Of a stretch of DNA of 64,000 nucleotides, positions 50,388-62,820 are shown piece after piece (position 1 is the first letter of the stretch; every line of letters begins with the position of its first letter). This DNA comes from Psammoneis japonica (taxonomy: Eukaryota): assembly GCA_008632985.1 (NCBI GenBank), contig QPGO01000242.1:1-64000 (forward strand), read 5' to 3'. The notes under the pieces were generated by a model. It was not told where the DNA came from, did not search any database, and saw only the letters and a program-made list of their open reading frames with translations. The position numbers were made by a program, and so were the translations under genes.

Positions 50388-53300
50388 AAAAAAAAAAACA
50401 AACTCTAATTTTTAAGTGCTGTCACACCTTTGCCCAGCAACACCGGCACCGGCTGACCCACACTTCCAGTGCACCCTAAAAGGATGCGGCAGAAATTGTG
50501 CGCAATTAGCCTGACCCGGCGCCCCCAGCAGGGGGCGCCCGACAGAAGCAGCTGCGAATGGTGCAAGTGCCACGTTTGGCCAGGCGTTTGGCTTCTTTCA
50601 AGCTGTCTTGGAGGCTTGGTCGCACCATTGAAATCCAATTTTGAATCCTCGTCGTCAAAAATGTACGGTGTTCCTCGACCGAGTCAAGCAGTGCGCCTCT
50701 GTCTTTCGCCAAATGCTCCTGAAGTTTGTTGCAAATCGCAGTCAATTTGGCCTCTGCCCTTCACCGCTGGGAAGACTTGCGAGATTCCACGTTGTGCCCG
50801 TGGATGAGCTTGTCATGTTCCTCCCACAGTTCCCACCAACTTCTCCACATGTGTGATCCGACCTGGGCGGTCCAATCCGGTGGCTGCTTGTTCTCTTCTT
50901 GACATTGCCTCAAGACACCTGAATCACGAAGGTGGCCGGATTGCAGCAGGTTCCACACAAACGAATGTTGACCGTCAAAAATCTGTCTCCAGCCAATGTC
51001 AGTCTGGGCTTTCCACAACTGTTTGAGTCTGCAATCCACGTCCGCAAGACAAGTGATTTCCTCGTCAAACCAAGCCTGCAACATGTCCAGAAGAAAGTCA
51101 CACAGGACAGGCATGGTGTCCACCTCATCACAACAGCGGCGCAATCCTTGTAAAAACTTCCTCCTCCACTGCTCGTTGTTGGGGCATCGTAGAACGTGAT
51201 CCCTGTCTTCCGTTGGATGATCACACGCAATGCACTGGTGGGGACGCACCGGGTCATGTCTGTGGACGATTTCATTCGTGGGTGGCAAATCGTGGACCAT
51301 TTGACCGTGTTCACGTGCTGCTTTGAATGGCATTTCACTGGGATTGCGCGTGCATTCCAGCCAACTTGCTCGATCACCGCACTGGTCCATTGGTTGCGTT
51401 CGACGGTGTGCTCTGGCAGTGGGGGAGCTGTGGCAGTGTGTCTGATTTGTTTCTTGCAATTGGAAGTCACCGTGCCGCCCTCCATTCCAAATGAGAATGG
51501 CAATGAGGAAGATGCTTGACCTGATCGGTGTCGCACAGGTGGTGGCCTTGACATGATCCTGCTGATCTGTCCGCCCGGATGTTGACTCTTCCATTTGAGG
51601 GCAAGGCATGAACTGGAGTGTGCCTGTCTTGATGTCCTTTCACCCAAGAAACTGTGGGAAGAGTCATGTCCGTCGACTCCGAGAGCAGCTTCAACGTTCG
51701 CTGGGCACAAAGAATTTCGTTCAAGACATCCCAGTCTGAGGACATGGCATTGGCGCCGTGGTGCCGAATGTGAAAATCATGCATGGTGTGTGCTTCGTCT
51801 CCTGGGTCGATCACAGGTGGAGCAGATGTCAACCGAGACAGGCATTCGACCAAAGCTTTGTTGTCACAGTGAATCACCGCGTCCAATGGAGCAGAAATCC
51901 GATGACATTCACACAATCGGCAAATGAACCGAGCGATTGAAAGAATGCCGCAGGCTTCCGCGCGACACAAGGAAGGTTTCTTCCCAAACACAGGGCCAAC
52001 ACAATCGACTGGTGGAGTGCCGTTCAAGGCAATCGTCCAGCCGAACGTGGCTCCCTCACGCACAGAGCAGTCACTGCCTGCAGCAAGAGTTGACGAAAGA
52101 AAGTGTTGAACCAATGCTTGAGAGGACACCTGCAGTTCCAAAGCATCAAACAATGTAGACTCCCAAAGTTCCAATCATTGCAGGCTCTCGAGGAAGGAGT
52201 CTGGTGCATCCGGAATTGATGGAGGTGTGAGTGATGTACGCGGAATTTCAAATCGCCATCGTCCGTCCTCGAGTGTAGAAACCTCCACTGGACAAGACTC
52301 TTAAGAGGGGGTTGGAACGGTCTTGATCTCGACAATTGAATCAGCTGTAGTTCTGTTCGCCTGGAAAATGTCACAACCTTCCAATGAACGAACGCACAAG
52401 CACTCTTCAGACGGGGAGTGGCAAGCGGTAGATTGCATCCTCATTTTTGACGGAGGAAACAACCAATCGCCGAGAGGTTCCTTCAGTTGAAGTGATTTCG
52501 GACGACACAAACTTGCACAGAATTTCCCCCACACTGTCCAAGCTCGCTTGCACGGTTTGTGTTGTTCGACGTTGTCAATGGTGCTTGTGCTGCTGCACAG
52601 AGAGGGTTCCCCTTTCACTTTTGAACCATCAATTGCAACACCATCTGAAAGAGTGACATCCGAGACAGACAAGACCCGAAGGAACAATCGGCAACAATCA
52701 ATCCACCGAATCTCTCGTGCAGAGAAGGTCTTGGATCTCAAAACGACACCCATCAGATGCTGGTTGTCATCTCGTTGTAGCGGAAGTGTTCCATTGTGAG
52801 TTGGGAACACTCGGCCGTTGATCCGTTGCAGAAATGCTCGGACCAATGCGAACCATCGCGATTCCATGTGTGGCAACTCTGTCTCCACGTCCCACAAAAA
52901 ACTGTCGCCTGTCCCCAAGTTTAACTGAATCCATGCGACGGCAATGTGAAGTAACTTGTGTGGTTGATCTTCCCCAAGTTGAAGATGGGCAACTCCTCTT
53001 GAGTGCTTCAGCAGTTGCAGCAATTGGGCGACTCCTTGTTCTGTGTCGAGCGATCGAAACCCTCCTCCTCCTGAAGCCTGGGGACCGTAAAGAACAAGAC
53101 GTTTCGTGTTTCTGTTGTAGCCGCATTTTGCAAAAATCGTTTGCATGGCCTTCTGTTGTGCCTGTTGCAATTCTTTCGGGAGAAAATTAGAGTTGGCCAG
53201 AACACATGTCATCGATGAGAGGCAACAGGCATGGCAACATCGCCAGGTTTCTGTGCGATCCAAAGGACATGACCGAAGAAATGACGAAACGGTGTCGCTC

Positions 53301-53850
53301 TTGTGTTGCAATTTCTGCAGCTGAGTCTTCTGCGTGCCGATGGGAGCCATGCAATGTCCCAGAGTTTTGTGGGGAGTGCAAGCTGACAATTGCTTGCTGC
53401 AACGTGAAGTGGAACGGTCGGCGGAAAAAATCTCCACCTCGATGTCGTCGTGATGAGGTCGAACACACGGTTCGCCGCATTCGGCAAAATCCCATTCGAT
53501 GGCGTGGAAAGAACACTTCGGCAACTCCAGTTCATGTCCAGCTGCGTCCAGTGAGTCACACCACAACTGGCCATCTGATTGAAGTGCCTGAGACAGCTCG
53601 AGTGCTGAGGGCTGAGGGCTTGCTCTAAAGTCGTTCACCTGCTTAGACGCATCATCAACACAACCTCTGTTGTGTGCGCGGATGTAAAACTGTCCATCCG
53701 GAGTTTCGAAAAATGAGCCGATGGCTTCTGCGTCAAAGATGTCAAACAGTCTGCTGCACAGAGTGTTCCAGTGCCAGGGAGAGTTGCCGCTGCCTTGTCC
53801 TGTTCCATGCAACGGGCACTCGGGGGAATGAGAGTGACTTTTTCGGGCCA
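50388..53850 (-). mobile_element. 5'-truncated non-LTR retrotransposon with RT, RNase H, C-terminal zinc knuckle and 3' end (resembles diatom Ambal-type LINEs)
   Basis: PLHGTGQGSGNSP, GCVDD, LELPKC (RT); SDCSV...RAEACG...IHCDNKALV...SDWDV...WVKGHQD...NIRAD (RNase H); CIAC...EDRDHVLRC. Clade assignment is from recall, not a search. Confidence 0.9.
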
Positions 53851-53865
53851 AGGAAAACAAACATG

Positions 53866-54680
53866 GCAGAGGTGCTGGCGGGAACTTTGGGAAGAGCACA
53901 ACAAGTTGGTTCACGGGCACGATGTTGATTCTTGGAAATCATCTCAACAGAGGAAGGCGGAAGCCAAACTGACGGCGACATGCAACAAATGACAAGAATG
54001 CTTGGCGAAGGACAGAGGCGCATTGCTGGATTTGGTCAAAGAACAACTGTCATTTTCAACAACGAGGATCCAAAGCTGGATCTCTGTGGTCCGTCCAAGA
54101 CCAAAACACAGCCTGAAAGAAGCCAAACGACTGGCAAAAAGCGGCGCTTGCGCCATTTGCAGCTGTCTCCGTCGGGCGCCCTCCAATGGGGGCGCCAAAA
54201 CCGGCCAACTGCACCACATTTCTGCCGCATCCTCTGCAGGGTGCGCTGGAAGTGTGGGTTGGCCGGCGCCGGTGTTGCTGGGCAAAGGTGCAATGGCACT
54301 TGAAATTGGGGTTTGGTTTTTTTTTGGTCTCAAGCCTTGCGGGCCACACAAGATGAGCCAACTTGTGTTTCAGCTGCGCCCACATTTGACAATGTGACCC
54401 GCGCTGCTCTCTGTTCAGCGGCGAGCAACTGTTTGGTGAGAAAGGTCTAGCCAGGGAGAACACAGGTCATCAAGGAGAGATGACGTGCACGGCAGCATCT
54501 CCATGGTTCCACATGATCATGTCAACAAGATCAAAGGAAAAGAGCTGTTGCTCTTGTGTCAGAGTTTCTTCAACTGAGTCCTCTGGGTGCCAACTGGAGC
54601 CAAGCATTGTCTGAGGGTTTTGTGCGGAGCACAAGCTGAGAGTTGAGTGCCAGAGCGGGGCTTGAGCCTGTCTGCAAGTT
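53866..54680. mobile_element. Further non-LTR fragments: C-terminus/3' end (+, to ~54325) and RT piece (-)
   Basis: CWRELWEEHNKLVHGHDV matches 50761-50850 in opposite orientation; 54330-54680 matches 25500-25840. Confidence 0.8.
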
Positions 54681-54724
54681 TTGGCGGCGCTGCTCCATGC
54701 CTGCTTTTGCTTGGTTTGAGGTGG

Positions 54725-54965
54725 GGTGTTTGTTTTCCTTGAAAAGACACGTTTGTTTTCCTTGAAATGACACGCTTGTTTTCCCTGAAACGACGTGTTT
54801 GTTTTCTTTGAAATGACACGTTTGTTTTCCTTGAAAAGACATGTTTGTTTTCCTTGAAAACACATGTTTGTTTTCCTTGAAACAACATGTTTGTTTTCCT
54901 TGAAAAGACATTTTTTCCCCTTGAAACGACATGTTTGTTTTCCTTGAAAAGACGTGTTTGTTTTC
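54725..54965 (-). repeat. 23-bp satellite array
   Basis: Tandem units. Confidence 0.93.
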
Positions 54966-57900
54966 ACCAATCAAAGAGAGAGAGGGAAGAGATGTCGGGT
55001 GTTGAACCTGTCACCTCCTCTTCTGGGACTCATCCTCCCATGTCTGACACACTGGCTGCAATCATGCGTCGGATGTCAAATGTCCATTTGGCGCTGTGGG
55101 ACCAAAGTCGTCTGTGAGCGCCAGTCCAGTGCAGAGTCACACGGACTCTTTTCTTCAACTCACGAATGGATGCCTCGGCCAGGTTCTGCCAGGGGCTGCA
55201 TGGAGTGGACACCTCCTGGTGCATCCTGCACTCCTTGCAGATCTCCTTGGTCTGGCCGTCTGCCATTTCCAGTGCGCCATCTGACACAAGGACCTGCGGT
55301 GTGCCAACGTCATGCACAAATGACATGACGGCATCTGGGTGGTCCTGTTTCCTCTTCCAAGGATGGAGCCTGTCACACCCTCTTCCGTTGGCAAGTGCGC
55401 TTCCTCCCATCTTTCCATGTGTCGATTTGACCTTTGAAAACATCTGGTCGGAGCAGAGTTGTCCCTTGACAGCAGGGAACTTGAGCCAAGGGGCTTTCTT
55501 CCGGACTTTCCGTTTGGATGGTGTGCAGACATTGCGGACCCCTGCCTGGGTCATCACTCTGATGGTGTTCTCAGCAGCCGTCAGGCCAATGTCCCACCTT
55601 TTAGAGAGTGTCTCGGGTGTGACAGTTGATGCACAACTCAAGGTCGACAGCGCATGCACCCGTTTCCGATCGGCACAATCCAGGTGGACATCCAGGTCAT
55701 GCCGGTCATGTGGCCCATCTCCCTCGGTGTCGTTGTGGGAGACACTCACCTGAGCAACCATGCGGCGATGCAATGAATTGTTGTCATCAGTGTCCACAAT
55801 GACGCTCTTGTCATGACAGGACATTTGGTGTGAATGAATGGAAGCAACACACCTGGCCACATTCATTGTCGTCGACCATCCGCCCGACTTTGCTGGTCCT
55901 TGGCGCACACTGGCACATGCACGCACTTCCTCCTTTTGCGCCATGGCATCAGCAGAAGGCTCCCATCTCGGGGGTGATGTGAGTTCCAGCCAGGGGAGGT
56001 TCTCCAGATCCTCATTTGTTGGCTCGTGTGAATCAAAGAGAGAAGCAACGCCTCTTGTTCGCAGCGGCACCCTGATCTTCAAGTCAGGGAAAGCAATGGA
56101 GTGCGCGCCAGTCGGATCAAACTGGCAAGGGGTGTCGTGGACAATCAGCCCATTTGCTCACAGTTGGTTGGGGCACAGAAGGGTGTTGGTCATCGTGTCC
56201 CAAAAAAACATGGCCTCGTGGACTGGCAGCAAGCGCGGTTGTCCATCAGTTGGATCAACCCACACGGCAGCAGCCGTGCAAACAGGAGTGTTTTCCATTG
56301 GCGCGTGCTCTTCGGAGTGGGGGTGCACCACGGCAGTTCTGGCAATGTCAGAGCACATCACAAAATTGGACCCAACAGCACATGTGTCAGCGTGCGAGTC
56401 TAAATCAGTGGTGGCTTCATCATCTGAATTTCCAGCAGATGACAGAGAGACACGCACTTCCTTTGAGAATCACCCAGACAAACAAACAGTGCCAGCAGGT
56501 TTAGCGACATTCGGCTCTGTGCCTTTCAGTGCTGGCGCAACTGTTCGCTCCTCATTCTGACGTTTCTCATGTGCGCTGCATCCAAACTGGGTGCCTGCAT
56601 TGGCGGCAGGTTCGCCAGGCTCGTCGGAGTCTTTCGGCACATCAGCAGGTTGAGCAGCAGGCTCGGCAACAGCCGCTTTCTTTGCAGCGCGAGTTTTGGC
56701 ATCGACCGACTCAGCTTCCAAGGACACAGCAGCAGCTTTGCATTTCTTTTTGGCCCAATTGGCGTCGCGGAGCTTTTGGACTTGCTCTCACTCGGGACCA
56801 TCAAGAGCACTCCGGTCGGAGATGCCCTTCAGAAAGTCAGAGACCTTCTTGGTCTCGGCCACCAGTTCATCAAGCTCAGACAAGTCGTTGTGAGCCTTTT
56901 GACGACGCTGAATGTGCTGGTCAAATGCAAATCAACCCCATCCGGTGCACTTCGCGGCAGCAATCTGTGCATGAGCACAGCTCTTTTGGGTGGTGGCGGC
57001 AGCTGATCCTTCCGCCTGCCTCTCAAGTGCAAAGAAAGCAGTGCGACCATCGCGGCTGCGATTGGAAGGTTTGACAAAAGCCCACCCGGGCCCCCCCATC
57101 ACTGACTTCTTCAGGAGATCATGCAGTCGTTGCCTGTCCTGTGCATGCTGAGCGCCCGCAAGGTGGGTGGCAGCAATGAGGTCCTCGTCAATGGCAGCGC
57201 AGGTGGCAGCCAAAACTCTGGACAGATGAGGGGAACTCCGGCGACGGTGCTGCGGTGGCGGCGCAGTTCGGTCTCCAGCAACTCTTGGAAGGTGGGCCAG
57301 TTGTGTGGGTTCTTGAGCTCCACAGCCGTTTTGGCAGCCAATTCGTCGTCCGAGTCGGTGGACTTGAATTGCTCCAGTTCCATCAGACGTGCCGCCCATG
57401 TTCCAACAACATCGCCAGCGAAGAGAGCAGCGGTCGGCTGTTGGCTCCGGGCTCTGCGGCAGTCAATCCATGCACGCAGTGCCTTGAGCTTTCGATTTGC
57501 CAGGTGTGGAAAGCGGGCTTGAGGGCTGGCAGCGGCACCCACGCTTTTCATGGTGCCCTTCGTCGTGTCGGCAATTTCAGTCAAAGGGACCTGCTCCAGG
57601 TCCCAAACAGCAGTGAAGCCTTGACGGGCCATGTGGGTGCGCGTCTGTGCACTGTGCCCACAACGCGCAAGACAGGCAGCAATGGCTGCAGCAGCAGCCA
57701 TGGTGCATCAGCAGTTGTTTGCATTTCGATGCGCGAGCATCCGCTTGTGTGAGTGGAGGAAAGTGAGAAAAATGCATGGCTCTCGTGCCGATTTGGCAGT
57801 TTCTGCTTGGCAAACCCATGAGCAGGCGGCGTTGCCCCCAAGCGACAATGTCCAACAGACATGCATCCACGTGTGCAGCATCCAAACAATTTGATGATGC

Positions 57901-58169
57901 ACTTTGATTGATGAGATGTGTGCGGTCAAATGACAGACAGTGCACAAATCATTGTGTTGTCTTCATCACGAATGTTTGCGTGTCTCAGCCAACATGTTCC
58001 ATCCACATGATCAAACATTTCGTGTGATGACGTCATGTCTGACGGATCACAGCTCTGGTCTCCAAGAGCATGTTGTTCATGTCCATGAATGTTGCACACA
58101 CAAAGGACTCAGCAATTGCGCGAGCAACCATGGGACCAACATGGCGCTTGCCACAAAAATCAATTGATC
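54966..58169 (-). mobile_element. Copia relic: 5' region, gag, protease, integrase (most contiguous copy)
   Basis: Gag from 57701; DLDSHADTCAVGSNF protease; LSKRWDIGL...SDQMFS...LVSDGALEM...TPCSPWQNLAEASIRELKKR integrase. Domain order fits Copia. Confidence 0.92.
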
Positions 58170-58957
58170 NNNNNNNNNNNNNNNNNNNNNNNNNNNNNNN
58201 NNNNNNNNNNNNNNNNNNNNNNNNNNNNNNNNNNNNNNNNNNNNNNNNNNNNNNNNNNNNNNNNNNNNNNNNNNNNNNNNNNNNNNNNNNNNNNNNNNNN
58301 NNNNNNNNNNNNNNNNNNNNNNNNNNNNNNNNNNNNNNNNNNNNNNNNNNNNNNNNNNNNNNNNNNNNNNNNNNNNNNNNNNNNNNNNNNNNNNNNNNNN
58401 NNNNNNNNNNNNNNNNNNNNNNNNNNNNNNNNNNNNNNNNNNNNNNNNNNNNNNNNNNNNNNNNNNNNNNNNNNNNNNNNNNNNNNNNNNNNNNNNNNNN
58501 NNNNNNNNNNNNNNNNNNNNNNNNNNNNNNNNNNNNNNNNNNNNNNNNNNNNNNNNNNNNNNNNNNNNNNNNNNNNNNNNNNNNNNNNNNNNNNNNNNNN
58601 NNNNNNNNNNNNNNNNNNNNNNNNNNNNNNNNNNNNNNNNNNNNNNNNNNNNNNNNNNNNNNNNNNNNNNNNNNNNNNNNNNNNNNNNNNNNNNNNNNNN
58701 NNNNNNNNNNNNNNNNNNNNNNNNNNNNNNNNNNNNNNNNNNNNNNNNNNNNNNNNNNNNNNNNNNNNNNNNNNNNNNNNNNNNNNNNNNNNNNNNNNNN
58801 NNNNNNNNNNNNNNNNNNNNNNNNNNNNNNNNNNNNNNNNNNNNNNNNNNNNNNNNNNNNNNNNNNNNNNNNNNNNNNNNNNNNNNNNNNNNNNNNNNNN
58901 NNNNNNNNNNNNNNNNNNNNNNNNNNNNNNNNNNNNNNNNNNNNNNNNNNNNNNNNN
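58170..58957. other. Assembly gap
   Basis: Run of N. Confidence 1.
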
Positions 58958-61460
58958 CTTGAAAACACACATTTGTTTTCCTTGAAACAACATGATTGTT
59001 TTCCTTGAAATGGCGTGTTTGTTTTCTTTGAAACGACGTGTTTGTTTTCCTTGAAACGACATGTTTGTTTTCCTTGAAAAGACATGTTTGTTTTCCTTGA
59101 AACCACATGTTTGTTTTCCTTAAAATGGCGCGTTTGTTTTCTTTGAAACGACATGTTTGTTTTCATTAAAAAGACATGTTTGTTTTCTTTGAAACGAAAT
59201 GTTTGTTTTCCTTGAAAAGACATGTTTGTTTTCCTTGAAAAGACATGTTTGTTTTCTTTGAAACGACATGTTTGTTTTCCTTGAAACGACATGTTTGTTT
59301 TGGTTGAAAAGACATGTTTGATTTCCTTGAAACAACATGTTTGTTTTCCTTGAAAAGACACATTTGTTTTCCTTGAAACAACATGTTTGTTTTCCTTGAA
59401 ACGACATGTTTGTTTTCCTTGAAACCACATGTTTGTTTTCCTTGAAATGACACGTTTGTTTTCCTTGAAATGACACGCTTGTTTTCATTAAAAAGACATG
59501 TTTGTTTTCTTTGAAACGAAATGTTTGTTTTCCTTGAAAAGACATGTTTGTTTTCCTTGAAAAGACATGTTTGTTTTCTTTGAAACCACATGTTTTTTTT
59601 CCTTGAAACGACATGTTTGTTTTCATTGAAAAGACATGTTTGATTTCCTTGAAACGACATGTTTGTTTTCCTTGAAACGACATGTTTGTGTTCCTTGAAA
59701 AGACACATTTGTTTTCCTTGAAACAACATGTTTGTTTTCCTTGAAACGACATGTTTGTTTTCCTTGAAAAGACACATTTGTTTTCCTTGAAACAACATGT
59801 TTGTTTTCCTTGAAATGGCATGTTTGTTTTCCTTGAAATGACATTGTTCCAGGCGATGAACATCACAGCGCACTGGCTCTGACAAAGCGACCAAATGCCA
59901 CCATGATGGCTGAGAATTGGGTGCAAGACAAGATGGAGTGTTGAGCAGCATCAGCAGGTTCTAGAATTGTGAGATGTTGCGCCATTGGGGCCGCTGATCA
60001 AGCAACAGTGAACCAATCGCCAACAGCACACAAACTGCCTGTGTTTGTGACAGCACATCAGCATTTGTTCAAAACGACATGTTTGTTTTCCTTGAAACAA
60101 CATGTTTGTTTTCAATGAAAAGACACGCTTGTTTTCCTTGAAAAGACACATTTGTTTTCCTTGAAATGACATGTTTGTTTTCCTTGAAACGACATGTTTG
60201 TTTTCCTTGAAAAGACATGTTTGTTTTCAAAACATGTTTGGTTTCCTTGAAACCACACGTTTGTTTTCCTTGAAAACACATGTTTGTTTTCATTGAAAAG
60301 ACGTGTTTGATTTCCTTGAAACGACAAGTTTGTTTTCCTTGAAATGACACGTTTGTTTTCCTTGAAACGACATGTTTGTTTTCATTAAAAAGACATGTTT
60401 GTTTTCTTTGAAACGAAATGTTTGTTTTCCTTGAAAAGACATGTTTGTTTTCCTTGAAAAGACATGTTTGTTTTCTTTGAAACCACATGTTTTTTTTCCT
60501 TGAAACGACATGTTTGTTTTCATTGAAAAGACATGTTTGATTTCCTTGAAACGACATGTTTGTTTTCCTTGAAACGACATGTTTGTGTTCCTTGAAAAGA
60601 CACATTTGTTTTCCGTGAAACAACATGTTTGTTTTCCTTGAAACGACATGTTTGTTTTCCGTGAAAAGACACATTTGTTTTCCTTGAAACAACATGTTTG
60701 TTTTCCTTGAAATGGCACGTTTGTTTTCCTTGAAATGACATGTTTGTTTTCAAGAAACAACGTGTTTGTTTTCCTCGAAACAACATGTTTGTTTTCCTTG
60801 AAAAGACATGTTTGTTTTCCTTGAAACATGCATTTTCAAGGAAAACAAATGTGTTGTTTCAAGGAAAACAAACACGTCTTTTCAAGGAAAACAAACATGT
60901 TGTTTCAAGGAAAACAAACACGTGGTTTCAAAAAAAACAAACATGTCTTTTCAAGGAGCGAGAATGGCGTAGAAGAAAAAAATGTCAAAAGTTGATCAAT
61001 GCATGGCCTGACAATTGCGCTGTAAAATCACACAAAATTTTGCCACAGTCACGCAGAAATGTGCGCGCGCGACACACGACGCGATTCAAAAAACTGTGGA
61101 TGTCACAGTTCAGCAGTGCGAGGTCCCACCTGGACCTGGAACGCATCTGTCGTTTCAAGGAAAACAAATGTGTGTTTTCAAGGAAAACAAACATGTCGTT
61201 TCAAGGAAAACAAACACGCCATTTCAAGGAAAACAAACATGTTGTTTCAAGGAAAACAAGTTTGTCTTTTCAAGGAAAACAAACATGTCGTTTCAAGGAA
61301 AACAAGCACATTGTTTCAAGGAAAACAAATGTGTCTTTTCAAGGAAAACAAACATGTCGTTTCAAGGAAAACAAACATGTCTTTTTCAATGAAAACAAGC
61401 GTGTCTTTTCAATGAAAACAAACATGTCGTTTCAAGGAAAACAAACATGTGGTTTCAAAG
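58958..61460. repeat. 23-bp satellite arrays with an LTR fragment (59845-60070), orientation switch at ~60825 and truncated family A MITE (60958-61148)
   Basis: Tandem units on minus then plus strand; inserts match 35410-35630 and 38879-39068. Confidence 0.92.
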
Positions 61461-62820
61461 AGCGCCGGACTGGCGCTCACAGACGACTTTGGTCCCACAG
61501 TGCCAAATGGACATGTGACATCCGACGCATGATTGCGACCAGTGTGTCAGACGTGGGAGGACGAGTCCCAGAAGAGGAGGTGACAGGTTCAACACCCGAC
61601 ATCTCTTCCCTCTCTCTCTTTGATTGGCGTCAACCTGTGCATTGCTGCGTGCCTGTGGTGGAGTTCCCACATGAAAAGGAGCGCGTTGGCCGTTGGCTTG
61701 GCGCAGCTGACAACTGCGCTGACGAAATGGCATTCATTGTTTTGCCCGAATCAGGCAAACCCATCATTCAGAAGGATGTGTGGGCCATGCCGGAGGAAAA
61801 CCTTAAAACTCCTGTGATCCAGACGGATCTTGCATCGGTCGATCAAGCTTTGATCGCCAGTGCTGACTTCCCTGAACTCCCTGACGACTTCATGGACGAA
61901 CAGGACGACGCCATTAAACCTGTGGAACCCGACGCTTCCAAACCGGAAGCTGATGAGCACACCCTGGAAGGGCTGGATGAATGTCTCACAGCTCAAGTCA
62001 TGTCACCACGAGGAGGTGAGCTGACTCATGCTGGGGTCATTGCACACAAGTGAGATGGTGACGGGGTTCCTGTTGGCACTGGGAACGACTTGAGGACATG
62101 CGACGTGGAATTCCCTGACGGATCCACCGACTCCCATGCTGCTGACACAATTGCAGAGAACCCATTCACTCAGATCGACTCTGAAGGGAATGCCCGCCAG
62201 ATCATGAAGGAAACAGTCGATCACTGACGTGATGCCCATTGCAGTGTGCATGCAGACAAAAGGTTGTTTTTGTCATGACCTTTGTGACATTTAAATTGCA
62301 GCACGTCGCCGTGATGCATTGGCTCTTGTCAGCAGCTGCACACTGCACTCCTCCCCATGTGTCACGCGTCCATGCGGCTCTTTGCTGACGTGCACTGACA
62401 CTGCACGGTTTTGGTGGAACAGTGTGGGTGCGTGCGAAGGAACACACAGAACTGCACAGAGTTTTGCACGTTCGACAGTGATCAACGTTGCTGCAGACAA
62501 CTCCCACTCAGGGTTTCGAACCCCTGGCCTCCTGCCCAATGGTTGCGATGAACCACTCCGCCAAAAATTCATGATGCAGCATGCATGCAGACAAAAGGTT
62601 GTTTTGTCACAACCTTTGTGACATTTAAATTGCAGCACGTTGCTGTGATGCATCAACTCTCATTGGCAGCTGCACATTGCACCGTGCTGCAACGGCCAAT
62701 GACGGGTGCACAACGACCAAGACTGGCAGGCATGCTCATGGGAGGACGACTGAAGGCTGGGACCTGCAAGCAGAGTGGAAGGATGGGACTGCATCCTGGG
62801 TTCCTCTCAAGGATTTGAAG
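61461..62820 (+). mobile_element. Copia integrase C-terminal region interrupted by a TRIM
   Basis: GRVPEEEVTGSTPDIS...GRWLGAADNCADEMAF...GWDLQAEWKDGTASWVPLKDLK. Confidence 0.9.
62240..62681 (-). mobile_element. 442-bp TRIM (miniature LTR retrotransposon)
   Basis: Two ~108-bp TG...CA direct repeats (62240-62347, 62575-62681); PPT GGGGAGGAG (62356-62348); TSD CCAT/CCGT; empty site at ~15240 and ~21745. Confidence 0.88.

Noticed and set aside
47111..59430. Long ORFs crossing the N runs
   Set aside because: Artefacts of translating through assembly gaps.
62505..62570. Functional tRNA gene
   Set aside because: A/B boxes and a T-stem are present, but there is no convincing acceptor or anticodon stem; treated as part of the TRIM.
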